64,000 nt of DNA, from IMG/VR virus record IMGVR_UViG_3300035698_009139; one strand, given 5' to 3'. A program made the position numbers and the translations under genes. This stretch comes from a virus. Position 1 is the stretch's first letter, and each line of letters opens with the position of its first letter. A model generated the notes under the pieces. It was not told the origin of the DNA. It ran no database searches and saw only the letters and a list, made by a program, of their open reading frames with translations. Shown here one piece after another: positions 15,381 to 25,816 of this stretch.

Positions 15381-18300
15381 ATGGCCACAGGTAATACAGT
15401 TTCTCTTCAAACTGATTTTAACGTCGATCCTTATTATGATGATTTTGACGAGACGAAGAACTTCCATCGTGTGTTGTTCCGCCCAGGCCTGGCCGTGCAG
15501 GGCCGCGAGCTTACACAGATGCAGACGATTCAACAGAATCAGCTTGATCGCTTCGCCGAGCACATCTTCAAAGAAGGCAGCGTTGTTCGTGGCAGTGAAA
15601 TCAACTACGATTTTGGGTATTCTTACGTAAAGGTACGCGATGCGGATGCGGCTGTTGCTACTGTAAACGCAGCAGCTTTTGTAGGCACGTCTGTTACGGG
15701 CGGTACGTCTGGTGTTACGGCTGTAGTTGTTAATAGCACGGATGGTAGTGAAGCCAATACCCCACATACTAAAACCCTATACATCAAGTATACAGGCAGC
15801 GGTAGTAACAATACAACTGATAGATTCCAGGCCGGTGAAACACTGACAGCTAATTCCGGAATTGCAGCTAACGTAGTATCTACGGCCGGCGCAGCTGGCT
15901 TCGGGTCTGCTATGTCCGTTGGCGAGGGTGTAATCTTTGCAAAAGATCATTTCATCCGAGTTGACCCACAAACTTTGATCTTGGAAAAGTATGCAGCCAA
16001 CAGCTCATACAGTATTGGGTACTTTGTACAAGAGAGTGTCATTACTGAAAGCACGGATACTACTCTGCTTGACCCTGCACAGGGCTCATACAACTACACG
16101 GCACCTGGTGCTGCTCGTTTGAAGCTGTCGGCCGTTTTGTCTAAAGCCGTGACTGGTGCCTCAAGTAACGCCAATTTTGTTGAACTCGTTCGCACTAAGA
16201 ATGGTGTGCTACAGAACCGCAAAGATAAGCCACAGTACGCGGCGATCAACGATTACATCGCCCAGAGAACATTTGACGAAAGTGGCAACTACATCGTTCG
16301 TGGAATGAATGTACGTCTGCGAGAGCATCTGAACACAGGCAACAACCAGGGTGTATACACTTCTGGTAATGGTGGCAACACGAGTCTGTTGAGCGCGGGT
16401 GTGGAATCCGGGTCGGCATATGTTCAGGGTTACAATTTCGAGAATCTAGTAACTCGCCAGGTCAACGTCCGCAAAGGCCTTGATGCAGAGTCAATCAACG
16501 GAACTACAGTGCCATCCAATTACGGCAACTACGTTAACGTCAACGAAATGGTTGGCGTGTGGGATGTCAATGCACAGGGCTTGGTGAGTCTGCGAGACAC
16601 GCCAGCTAATGCAGTATCCAATGCAGACTTTAGCACAACAACTGCCGTTGGCGCACAAATTGGTACTGCTCGTGTAAAGGCAGTCGAGTATTCAACAGGA
16701 ACAAAAGGTAGTGCGGAAGCTGCCTACAAGCTATATCTATACGATGTGCAAATGTCAAGTGGCGCATTCACGGGTGTCAAGAGCATCTATTTGAATAACG
16801 CATCAATCGCTGACGCTAAAGCCGACTTGGTGCTTTCAGCTAACGGGCAAGCTTCTGTCAATGAAGTTAGCTTCAACAAGTCCATCTTCAACATCAACGC
16901 ATCTAGCGTTAAGCGTCTACGCGATAGCGGCGGAACGATTGACACCAACTTCAAGTTTGTTAAAAAGTTCGACGTAACTGTTGCAACAGATGGCACGTTC
17001 AGTATCGCTACAGGTAGTGCCGATGAGCAATGGCCGTTCAGCACAGGTGCATTGAACGCCACACAGAAACGTGGCGCATTCACGGTTGTGTTGAACGCGG
17101 CCGGCAACACAACGACCACACTGTCAGGCACGGCGTCTATTTTAACAGGATCTAATTCAGTTACGGGTAGTGGTACAGCGTTCGCTGCCGAGCTGAACAT
17201 CGGCGATCGTGTAAAATTTGCAACGTATGCTAACACATTAACAGTTAGCTCAATTTCCGGTGCAACATCCATGACGGTTGCAGAGACAACGGCCGGTGCT
17301 ATTTCCAGCCAGGCATTCACAAAAGAATTTGAAATCGGCCAGGTGATCGATATGGCTGCAGTAGGATCTGATGCAGCAACTCGCACAGTCACAATCAATA
17401 GTGGCACGAGCGCAACATTTGATGTGCAAGAAACATTGAATGGAACGATTGCCGCTTCTGCCATTGTTGAATTGAACAAAGTAGCTGGCCAGGAAATTGC
17501 AAAGACTTATCGACCAGATCGCTACGTAATCATCGACATCTCAAGCAATGGCGGTAGCACGGCAGGTCCGTGGAACCTAGGATTTGCTGACGTATTAGCC
17601 ATCAAGGAAGTTCGCCAGAAGTCCGGCAGCACGTTCTCTGCCGCATCCGAGGGCACGGATGTAACTGCGCAGTTCACATTCGATTCTGGTCAAACAGATA
17701 ACATCTACGGCCACGGCAAGCTTCGCAAAAAGAGCACGAGTGGACTAACTGTTGGTGCGTCTGATTTCCTTCTGATCAAGTTAGATTATTTCACACATGA
17801 TACGTCTCAAGGTGTTGGATATCTTTCCGTAGACAGTTACCCAATCGATGACGTCAATACGGCAAACACCACGGCCATCACTACGCAGGAAATTCCTATT
17901 CACACGTCGCCGGTAACTGGCGATGCATATAGGTTGCGTGATTGCATAGATATCCGCCCTCGTGTGACGGATACAGCAACTTCGAGCACAACAGTTGGGT
18001 CTGCTTCTACCGATCCGGCAGTCAACACAACGATCATCGAGCCTTCTGGTGGTTTGCACTATAGTGTGCCAAATGAAGACTTCACATTTGATTTTGAATA
18101 CTATTTGAGTCGCCGTGATCTAGTTGTATTGGATGGCACAGGTACCTTCCGAATAATTGAAGGTCAGGCCGATCTGTATCCTGTTACACCAGCAGAGCCA
18201 AGCGATGCTATGGCTATCAGTAAAATATATGTAGCACCTTATCCTTCACTACCGCCCGAAATATCTCGTCGATCTAATCGACCTCTGATGGCATGCCGTT

Positions 18301-21300
18301 TGACACCAGTTAAGAATGACCGATACACGATGAGAGATATTGGCGCATTGAAGGATCGTATTGATCGTGTCGAGTATTACACATCACTATCATTACTTGA
18401 GTCTGAGGCATCTTCTTTGTTGATCTCAGATGCTAATGGTGTTGACCGATTCAAGAACGGTATACTGGTTGATAACTTTGTTGGCCATAATATCGGTAAT
18501 GTGCATGACATTGATTATGCCATTGCCGTTGACCGTAAGCGCAATGAGATGCGCCCAACATTCAAACTAGATGCAGTTGAGATGCAGTATTCTGCCAACA
18601 GCTCGAATGTTAGACGAGCGGCTAATGATGCTGTGCTAACAGTTGGTGCCGGTACATACACTAATGGTGAGTCCATATCAGTTGGCAGTGCATCAGGTAC
18701 GTTGACGTATCAGGTTGGCAGTAGATTGTATTTGGAACAAGTAGTTGGTACATTCAGCGTTTCTGGATCAGCAGTCGGTGGATCAAGTGGCACATCATCT
18801 GTAGTAGCGTCGGTCAAGACGCCATCGCAGGGTGATTTGATAGTACTTCCTTATACCCACACAGAAATCATAGACCAGCCAAATGCTTCTACTATTCGTA
18901 ATGCAGCTGGCGGCATGTATCTGTGGAACGGTATACTTAACCTGACACCAGATAATGATTACTGGCTGGACACTACACAGCGTCCAGACAACCAGGTCAA
19001 TTTTGACTTTGTTGGTGACAACTGGGACCAGCTATCTAATAGCTTCGGTACTGATTGGAACGATTGGCAGACAGTGTGGTCGGGAACACAGGATCTAGGC
19101 ATCGTCGAAGTCACTCGCGGCGGCGCTGAAGGTTGGGTTAACCTGGAAGCTACATCTATAACGACTGAGCGGCAGACACGTTCTGGTATCCAGACAACAG
19201 CCATTCCTGAAACACAGACCCAACGTACTGGTTCGCGCCTTGTCGACGTAAACATCATTCCGTTCGTCCGCTCAAGAGTTATTGAGATGCGGGCAGTTGG
19301 CTTGAAGCCATCTACTAAATTATATACATACTTTGACGGCGAAGATGTATCGTCTTACGTAACACCTGCCAACAGCAGCATGTCTAACACAGGATCTGAA
19401 GGTTCAATCCTGACATCCGATGTCGGTGGCAACACATATGCACTTCTTCGTATTCCCAATGAAGATAGTCTTCGATTCCGTACAGGTGTTAAGCCAGTTA
19501 GATTGACAGACAGTGTGACTAACGACAGCACATTCGGATCAACAATCACGTCCGCTACGACGCAGTATATTGCCGAAGGACTATCACAGACTTCACAGGA
19601 CACGATTATCAGCACAAGGGCTCCAGTCGTATCTACGACGGCCGTGTCTGAGGAACAGACTGTTACGTCCAGATCATCGGTTGCAATCGGCGGTGGTGCG
19701 CGATTCCTGGGATGGAATGACGGCGTTGACCCAATTGCACAGACGTTCAAGATGAATGATAGATCGTCTAGCCAGATCAACAGCCCTGGTACGTTTGTCA
19801 CAAAAATCGATCTATTCTTCCAAGCAAAAGATGCCAACTTCCCTGTTACTATTCAGATCAGAGAAGTCGATCCAAGCACGCAATATATAACCAATCGAAT
19901 CGTTCCTTTCGGATCCGTTACTTTGGCTCCTGGAGATATTAACATCAGCGAAGACGGTAGTGCACCCACACCAGTGGTATTTGATTCACCAGTATATCTA
20001 TTGAACAACCAGTATTATGCTATCGCTGTTGTTCCTGGCGCCGCCAGCCCAGAATACAAGCTGTGGATCAGTCGATTGGGTGAGACAGATTTGCTAACAG
20101 GTAATCGGATCACCAAACAGCCTGATGCGGGTATATTGTTCATCAGTGCTAATGACTCAACATGGACAGCTGTCCAGGAAGAAGATCTGAAGTTCAAATT
20201 ACACGTTGCTACATTTAACACGGCTATAACTGGTTCAGCAATCTTGAAGAACGAGTCAAGAGATATGTTCAGCATTGCTAATGTGTCATCTGCATTCTCT
20301 ACGATTGGTGAAATCGTCCACGGTGAAACAACCATGACGACCAGCAGCAGTGCAGGTGTCAACACAGGCGTATATGCTAGTGGTGGAACTTCGTTGGCTA
20401 ACGGTGTTGTATCATCAATCAGCGGAACAACTGTTCGCGTCAAAGATATTACAACAGCTTACAAATATGCCAATACAGAAACGATCACATTCTACCATGC
20501 GAACGGCCTTACTACTGGCGTAACGACGCAGCTAAACGCTCAATCTACGCCATCTGGCAAAGTGACGTTCTATGATGCAGTGACAGCCGCAAACGTATAT
20601 GCACATTTGGATAATTCATCTGGCAACTTTGTAGCCAATACCTTCATCAAAGGCCAGGTAAATGGTCAAACAGCACGCATCCTATCAGTCGACGATATCA
20701 GAATCGATACGGCCTATACTAACCTTGGTGTGATGGATCTGCAGGGTACAACGCTGACAGTTTCTGGCAAGTTTGCTACCTCATCTTCAACAAGAGACAC
20801 GTCTTTCGTTAGCTTGAATCTAAACGACAACTCTACGTTCAAGGCTAGCAGAAATCTATTGAGCACAACAAATGAAGTCAATGGCATCTCTAGTGAAAAG
20901 AGCGCTGAGATCAAAGGTGTTATGACAACGAACAACGCTCGTCATAGCCCAGTAATTGATCTGCAGAAGGCCAGTTTAACAACTGTTCAGAACTTGATCA
21001 ATAATGATAGCACGGGTGAAGCCAATACATCTGGTGGTAATGCCACTGCACGTTACATCACGAGAAAAGTGACATTAGCAGATGGCCAGGACGCAGAAGA
21101 TATGAAGGTCTACTTGGGAGCATATAAGCCAAGTGGTTCATCGATTCAGGTGTATTATAAGATTGTGCACGCTGAAGACAGTGATGGATTCATCGACCGC
21201 TCTTGGGTATTGATGGATCAGGTAACATCATCCAATATCATCAGTGATGCCGAGAACACAGAAGACTTTGTCGAGTACGAGTATGGTATTCTTGCCGCTG

Positions 21301-21458
21301 AGTTGTCCGGGTCGGCAGGCGAAGTACAGTATACCAATTCACAGAGTGTTACGTTTAATGGGTATAAATATTTCGCTATCAAGGTGGTTCTGCTGAGCAG
21401 CGATCCAGCAATTCTGCCACGTGTGAAAGATTTGAGAGCTATAGCTCTACAGGTTTAA
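15381..21458 (+). CDS. Giant virion structural protein (VrlC/DUF4815-like baseplate/fibre-associated)
   Basis: NVDPYYDDF..., FRPG..VQ.RELTQ, RYTMRDIG, DPIAQTF, C-term P.VKDLRAIAL. Confidence 0.85.
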   Translation: MATGNTVSLQTDFNVDPYYDDFDETKNFHRVLFRPGLAVQGRELTQMQTIQQNQLDRFAEHIFKEGSVVRGSEINYDFGYSYVKVRDADAAVATVNAAAFVGTSVTGGTSGVTAVVVNSTDGSEANTPHTKTLYIKYTGSGSNNTTDRFQAGETLTANSGIAANVVSTAGAAGFGSAMSVGEGVIFAKDHFIRVDPQTLILEKYAANSSYSIGYFVQESVITESTDTTLLDPAQGSYNYTAPGAARLKLSAVLSKAVTGASSNANFVELVRTKNGVLQNRKDKPQYAAINDYIAQRTFDESGNYIVRGMNVRLREHLNTGNNQGVYTSGNGGNTSLLSAGVESGSAYVQGYNFENLVTRQVNVRKGLDAESINGTTVPSNYGNYVNVNEMVGVWDVNAQGLVSLRDTPANAVSNADFSTTTAVGAQIGTARVKAVEYSTGTKGSAEAAYKLYLYDVQMSSGAFTGVKSIYLNNASIADAKADLVLSANGQASVNEVSFNKSIFNINASSVKRLRDSGGTIDTNFKFVKKFDVTVATDGTFSIATGSADEQWPFSTGALNATQKRGAFTVVLNAAGNTTTTLSGTASILTGSNSVTGSGTAFAAELNIGDRVKFATYANTLTVSSISGATSMTVAETTAGAISSQAFTKEFEIGQVIDMAAVGSDAATRTVTINSGTSATFDVQETLNGTIAASAIVELNKVAGQEIAKTYRPDRYVIIDISSNGGSTAGPWNLGFADVLAIKEVRQKSGSTFSAASEGTDVTAQFTFDSGQTDNIYGHGKLRKKSTSGLTVGASDFLLIKLDYFTHDTSQGVGYLSVDSYPIDDVNTANTTAITTQEIPIHTSPVTGDAYRLRDCIDIRPRVTDTATSSTTVGSASTDPAVNTTIIEPSGGLHYSVPNEDFTFDFEYYLSRRDLVVLDGTGTFRIIEGQADLYPVTPAEPSDAMAISKIYVAPYPSLPPEISRRSNRPLMACRLTPVKNDRYTMRDIGALKDRIDRVEYYTSLSLLESEASSLLISDANGVDRFKNGILVDNFVGHNIGNVHDIDYAIAVDRKRNEMRPTFKLDAVEMQYSANSSNVRRAANDAVLTVGAGTYTNGESISVGSASGTLTYQVGSRLYLEQVVGTFSVSGSAVGGSSGTSSVVASVKTPSQGDLIVLPYTHTEIIDQPNASTIRNAAGGMYLWNGILNLTPDNDYWLDTTQRPDNQVNFDFVGDNWDQLSNSFGTDWNDWQTVWSGTQDLGIVEVTRGGAEGWVNLEATSITTERQTRSGIQTTAIPETQTQRTGSRLVDVNIIPFVRSRVIEMRAVGLKPSTKLYTYFDGEDVSSYVTPANSSMSNTGSEGSILTSDVGGNTYALLRIPNEDSLRFRTGVKPVRLTDSVTNDSTFGSTITSATTQYIAEGLSQTSQDTIISTRAPVVSTTAVSEEQTVTSRSSVAIGGGARFLGWNDGVDPIAQTFKMNDRSSSQINSPGTFVTKIDLFFQAKDANFPVTIQIREVDPSTQYITNRIVPFGSVTLAPGDINISEDGSAPTPVVFDSPVYLLNNQYYAIAVVPGAASPEYKLWISRLGETDLLTGNRITKQPDAGILFISANDSTWTAVQEEDLKFKLHVATFNTAITGSAILKNESRDMFSIANVSSAFSTIGEIVHGETTMTTSSSAGVNTGVYASGGTSLANGVVSSISGTTVRVKDITTAYKYANTETITFYHANGLTTGVTTQLNAQSTPSGKVTFYDAVTAANVYAHLDNSSGNFVANTFIKGQVNGQTARILSVDDIRIDTAYTNLGVMDLQGTTLTVSGKFATSSSTRDTSFVSLNLNDNSTFKASRNLLSTTNEVNGISSEKSAEIKGVMTTNNARHSPVIDLQKASLTTVQNLINNDSTGEANTSGGNATARYITRKVTLADGQDAEDMKVYLGAYKPSGSSIQVYYKIVHAEDSDGFIDRSWVLMDQVTSSNIISDAENTEDFVEYEYGILAAELSGSAGEVQYTNSQSVTFNGYKYFAIKVVLLSSDPAILPRVKDLRAIALQV

Positions 21459-21462
21459 TGTT

Positions 21463-21675
21463 TTGAAACAAGTTGAAAATCTACCTGGGTTTGTGCGAGA
21501 TGAAAAGACCAGCGCTATTATTTGCACTGATCAGAGTGGGCTACAGGCTTACAAGGCTAAGAAAAAGGCCGCTGCTAAAGTTGATATATTGGCTGATGAA
21601 ATTAGCGACATGAAGAACGAAATCGGTGAGATCAAGGAATTGCTGCTTGCCTTAGTTGAAGGGAATAATACGTGA
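21463..21675 (+). CDS. Small conserved coiled-coil protein following the VrlC-like gene
   Basis: VRD..TSAII, EI.EIK.LL; TTG start. Confidence 0.7.
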   Translation: MKQVENLPGFVRDEKTSAIICTDQSGLQAYKAKKKAAAKVDILADEISDMKNEIGEIKELLLALVEGNNT

Positions 21676-22796
21676 CCATTTCGGTAGTTAATGCCAATGC
21701 AGATAATTTTCAGACGTGGCTGAACAAGACTAACGAGCTTGTCACGCGGATGAATACTGTATCTGATTCAGCTAACACGCTTAATGCCAACGCAGTTACT
21801 ACGGCTGCCTTAACGCTGAACGGTCTTGATGTAGAATCTACATACGCCAGCAACACGGACGCTAACAACAGATTTGCTACTAAAGCGTTCGCTGCATCCA
21901 ACACGGTGATGCGATCAACATACGCCCAGAATACAGCTGTATATGCAACACGGGCGTCAAATGTATATGTGACCAGCACATTCACTTCGAACACATTTGC
22001 TAAAAGCTGGTTTGCTAACACATCATTCGCTGCATCAAACACCGATGTACAGTCTCATATAAGCAACACAGCTGCACATGGCACGACCGGAGCGATGGTG
22101 GGCACTACCAATGTGCAAACGCTGACTAATAAAACGGTCACTGCTCCTACGATCACTCTGATGACATCTACTGGACCAGGATCTATCGATGGCCATGCGA
22201 TCGGAGCCACTGTCGCCAATACCGGCGCATTCACTACTGTAACTGATGACGGCAATCGGGTGCTGACGACGGGTACACGAGTATTACCGATTAAAGCATC
22301 CAGCTTCATCCCATCGTTGGTAGCAGGCCCGTCATCTATCATTAGAGTGTTGGGATCCGGCCGAGCAACAACAGCCATGTCATTGCTCAGCTTCGACTCA
22401 TCTACAGAACAATATGCTTCGTTGTCGATTCCTATGCCAAAGAGCTGGGATTCCGGCACCGTGACTGGCAAATTCAGATGGATGGGCGTAGCAGGATCTG
22501 GTAATACAAACTGGGGCTTCACTTGCGCCGCTGTAAACCATGACCAGACATTGACCGGGCTGACGTATGGGGCCGATAAATTCGTTGGGTCGACGTTCAC
22601 AGCTGGATACGACCACATCGTGTCAAGCAACACATCGACGCAAACTCCTTCCGGCACGGGCGGAGACGCTACTGAATTATACATAACAGTATTCAGAGAT
22701 GCTGCAAGTGCAAACGGCATCGACTCGTATACGTCCAATGCTGAGCTGATATCTTTCGAACTATACTACAACATTAACTCTCCGAATGATGACTAA
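21672..22796 (+). CDS. Tail fibre-like protein
   Basis: N-term NF..W..KTN anchor, SNT repeats, QTLTNKT fibre motif. Confidence 0.75.
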   Translation: MTISVVNANADNFQTWLNKTNELVTRMNTVSDSANTLNANAVTTAALTLNGLDVESTYASNTDANNRFATKAFAASNTVMRSTYAQNTAVYATRASNVYVTSTFTSNTFAKSWFANTSFAASNTDVQSHISNTAAHGTTGAMVGTTNVQTLTNKTVTAPTITLMTSTGPGSIDGHAIGATVANTGAFTTVTDDGNRVLTTGTRVLPIKASSFIPSLVAGPSSIIRVLGSGRATTAMSLLSFDSSTEQYASLSIPMPKSWDSGTVTGKFRWMGVAGSGNTNWGFTCAAVNHDQTLTGLTYGADKFVGSTFTAGYDHIVSSNTSTQTPSGTGGDATELYITVFRDAASANGIDSYTSNAELISFELYYNINSPNDD

Positions 22797-22798
22797 TT

Positions 22799-23452
22799 AT
22801 GTACATGAATTTGGCCTTGGGTTTAGGTGGTAAGCGAAGAATATCTGTTACGTTGGCGGCCCAGAACAGCCTAGATCTGTTTGCGTTTCTTGTTGCCAAT
22901 CACGATTTCAACGACAATATTCCCACAGACGTATATATTCTGATCCCGGCGGGCGTGACAATTGGTAGCTCATCTACTGGAACAGCTGCGTTGACAGTAG
23001 ATACCTTTACGGCAAATAGACACAATGTACGTATAGTGAATTTGGGAAACATTTATGGTAAGGGTGGTGCTGGTGGTGCTGGTGGGGCAACCACACATCT
23101 TCCGGCACTGGCCAACGGATCAGGTGGAGGGGCGGGTGGATTAGCTCTATCCACATCGACCGCCATTTTTATAGACAATATCGGGATTATCGGCGGCGGC
23201 GAAGGTGGTGATGGCGGCAACGGGTCGGCGGGCAGCGGTGGTGATAAAGATGGTGGATGGGATGCCGGCAACGCCGGTGCAGCTGGTGCAGATGGGTTGG
23301 GTATCAGTGGAGGCGCTGGAGGTGCTGGCTCAGCTAGTGTGGGCTGGTTTGGTGGTACCGGCGGCTCTGGGGGCAGTGCAGGAGCGGCTATCACTGGGGT
23401 ATCAAACATTGAGTTCATAACTGCTGGTACAGTAAATGGAGCTACTTCATAA
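22799..23452 (+). CDS. Glycine-rich adhesin (gp38-like receptor-recognition protein)
   Basis: IPAGVTIGS, N.G.IYGKGG.GG and polyglycine motifs. Confidence 0.7.
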   Translation: MYMNLALGLGGKRRISVTLAAQNSLDLFAFLVANHDFNDNIPTDVYILIPAGVTIGSSSTGTAALTVDTFTANRHNVRIVNLGNIYGKGGAGGAGGATTHLPALANGSGGGAGGLALSTSTAIFIDNIGIIGGGEGGDGGNGSAGSGGDKDGGWDAGNAGAAGADGLGISGGAGGAGSASVGWFGGTGGSGGSAGAAITGVSNIEFITAGTVNGATS

Positions 23453-24096
23453 TGACGATTAAATTAGACAGCAAAATAGCAAATGTGTGTCCACCCAACA
23501 GCCCTGAGTGGAATACATTAAAAAGTGAGCGGGTGTTTACAGCGGCCGATGATTCTTTTTATGTGTACAAATTATCAGGAGATGCCGGCCAATTTCTTAG
23601 ATCCCGATCGAGATCACAGGCGGCTAAAGGCGGCCACGGCCCTCGAGTCAGCAACACTGTTGTGACTAAAGGCCGGATGACGGTCGAATATCGGGATACT
23701 GACACTGACGAGTTGATCAAACGATTTAATAGAAAACAGGGTGTGGTGAATTCAGCTGAAAAAGTTGACCCTTGTAATATCGTATTCAAAATTGAAGAAG
23801 ACGATACCGAGTGGTGGTGTGTTTCTGTTGCCGGTCGCACGGGCTACAAAGTTAAATTAATGAAGAAAAAGGCCGGCGCCGTTTTCCACATTAACGCTCG
23901 CGTCAACCCCATCAATTTGGTGTTGATAGATGGCCACATGCAATTAGAACACGGGTCTATTGCAACAGCGCCGGATATCATCGAAGAAGACACAAATACG
24001 CCCGATATCAAGCAGAAACTGGAGTGTATCACCGATTGCACATATCTTCAGATCATTTCGAAGAAAGAAGAAGAGCTCAACGCCGTCCAATCATAA
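23452..24096 (+). CDS. Hypothetical beta-rich protein next to the adhesin
   Basis: TAATG coupling. Confidence 0.7.
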   Translation: MTIKLDSKIANVCPPNSPEWNTLKSERVFTAADDSFYVYKLSGDAGQFLRSRSRSQAAKGGHGPRVSNTVVTKGRMTVEYRDTDTDELIKRFNRKQGVVNSAEKVDPCNIVFKIEEDDTEWWCVSVAGRTGYKVKLMKKKAGAVFHINARVNPINLVLIDGHMQLEHGSIATAPDIIEEDTNTPDIKQKLECITDCTYLQIISKKEEELNAVQS

Positions 24097-24121
24097 ATAA
24101 TACAAGCGTTAAGGATGGCAT

Positions 24122-25816
24122 ATGACTGTTTCTACTATATTTGCAGCTAACAATTGGAGCGATTTCGGTGAGCAGATAAACCAATCTGCTACGCTAATTT
24201 CGTCCGTCTCTGCAGCATCCAATAACGTCAACGCCACCAGCATAATTGCAAACACGGTTTACGTTACTGATCTCGCTAAGTATGGATCCAGTCTGACGTT
24301 TGGGACACTCGTATCCAACACATATGCTCGAATAGCAATCGCCAATGCATCCCATTGGATGTCAAATAATTATGTCTACAGAAGCGGTATATTTGCAAAC
24401 ACGGGATATGTGGCGGCCAACACATACGTTCAAGGGATATTCCTGACGCTATCGGGCGGCGGCACTGTCACCAACACAACTATCTTTGCAGCAGGAACAG
24501 TAGCGAATGCCCATCTACTTACTGCTAACAACATCAAGCTGGCCCCTTCTGGGCAAAGAGCTGCTATTCAGCCTACGCGCACATGGAACTTTGAGCGTGG
24601 TGTAATGCCCGGCGGTAACTTTACGTTTACGCGATCGACAGTGGGTGCACGGCGAGCGGCTAATGGAACAATTGAATACGTCGCTGCAAACTTGCCTCGG
24701 TTTGATTATGACCCAATATCATTACAGTGCATGGGCGTGCTGCTTGAAGCAAACTCTGTTAATATGGTTCCATATTCATCTAGATTTGATCAGTGGACGG
24801 ATGGCGCTGCGATGGGTACACCGACGTCCAACGTCGCTGTGTCGCCGACTGGCGCAAACACTGCAGATCTGCTGATTGTTACTACTGCTTCGGCTATTCA
24901 TTACCAACGCAAAAATATGACCAAGGTCGCCGCCAATGTATCATATGCAATGTCGGTATATTTAAAGCAAGCAAATAGCACAACAACACCGTATGCTTAT
25001 CCTACAATGTACGATGGTAGTTCTGGTGAAATCGGCATGCGTGTTGATCTCAGAGATGGATCTACTGACCAACTTATTCAGTCTGGTGGGTTTAGCCGCC
25101 GAAGCTATTCAGTTACAGATGAAGGTGACGGGTGGTATAGAGCTCGGGTGTCTGGTATTTCGACAACTACTACTGCAATTTCTCCAACTATCCACATCGG
25201 TGATGACAGCCAAGGGTCCTTTACTGCAACATATGTAGGCAACACAGTATACAACCAGATATTGTCTTGGGGTGGACAAGTAGAGCCTAATAAACTATAC
25301 AGTACATCCCATATCGATACAACGGCGTCGTTTGTTCACCGAGAAGCTGATGTATTATATCTCGGCCCTGTCAACCAGTTCGTCAATTTTTATCAGGGCA
25401 CTTTGTATGCCAAGTGGTCTTCGTATGTGCCTAATGATTTAGTCGAAGAGCAAAAGATTGTGTCTATTGAAAAAGATGCATCAAATTATATGACGATGTA
25501 TCGAACGTCAACAACCAACTTTATGCGGTTTAGATTCAAGGTAGCTGGCGATGACAAAATGATCGCTGACACAGGAACAGATACAGCCCTTTCTGACACA
25601 ACGCACCATAGCGCCCTTATATGGAATTCGAATACTGGTTATGGTGTATCAGATCAGTCAGTTACCGGCTTGGATTCAATTATATCCACACCAACCACTT
25701 CTGATAAAATAAGATTTGGAGACTGGGCGGGTGCTCAGCCGCTCAATGGTCATCTGAAAGAAGTTAAAATTTTCGGCGCCCCATTATCAAACACTAATAT
25801 TAAGGCGATGAGCTAA
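24122..25816 (+). CDS. Fibre/spike protein with lectin/LamG-like C-terminus (paralog 1)
   Basis: FTRST..., PRFDYDP...C.G.LLE, GWYR, WGGQVE, QGTLY; CATAAATA late-promoter variant upstream. Confidence 0.8.
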   Translation: MTVSTIFAANNWSDFGEQINQSATLISSVSAASNNVNATSIIANTVYVTDLAKYGSSLTFGTLVSNTYARIAIANASHWMSNNYVYRSGIFANTGYVAANTYVQGIFLTLSGGGTVTNTTIFAAGTVANAHLLTANNIKLAPSGQRAAIQPTRTWNFERGVMPGGNFTFTRSTVGARRAANGTIEYVAANLPRFDYDPISLQCMGVLLEANSVNMVPYSSRFDQWTDGAAMGTPTSNVAVSPTGANTADLLIVTTASAIHYQRKNMTKVAANVSYAMSVYLKQANSTTTPYAYPTMYDGSSGEIGMRVDLRDGSTDQLIQSGGFSRRSYSVTDEGDGWYRARVSGISTTTTAISPTIHIGDDSQGSFTATYVGNTVYNQILSWGGQVEPNKLYSTSHIDTTASFVHREADVLYLGPVNQFVNFYQGTLYAKWSSYVPNDLVEEQKIVSIEKDASNYMTMYRTSTTNFMRFRFKVAGDDKMIADTGTDTALSDTTHHSALIWNSNTGYGVSDQSVTGLDSIISTPTTSDKIRFGDWAGAQPLNGHLKEVKIFGAPLSNTNIKAMS

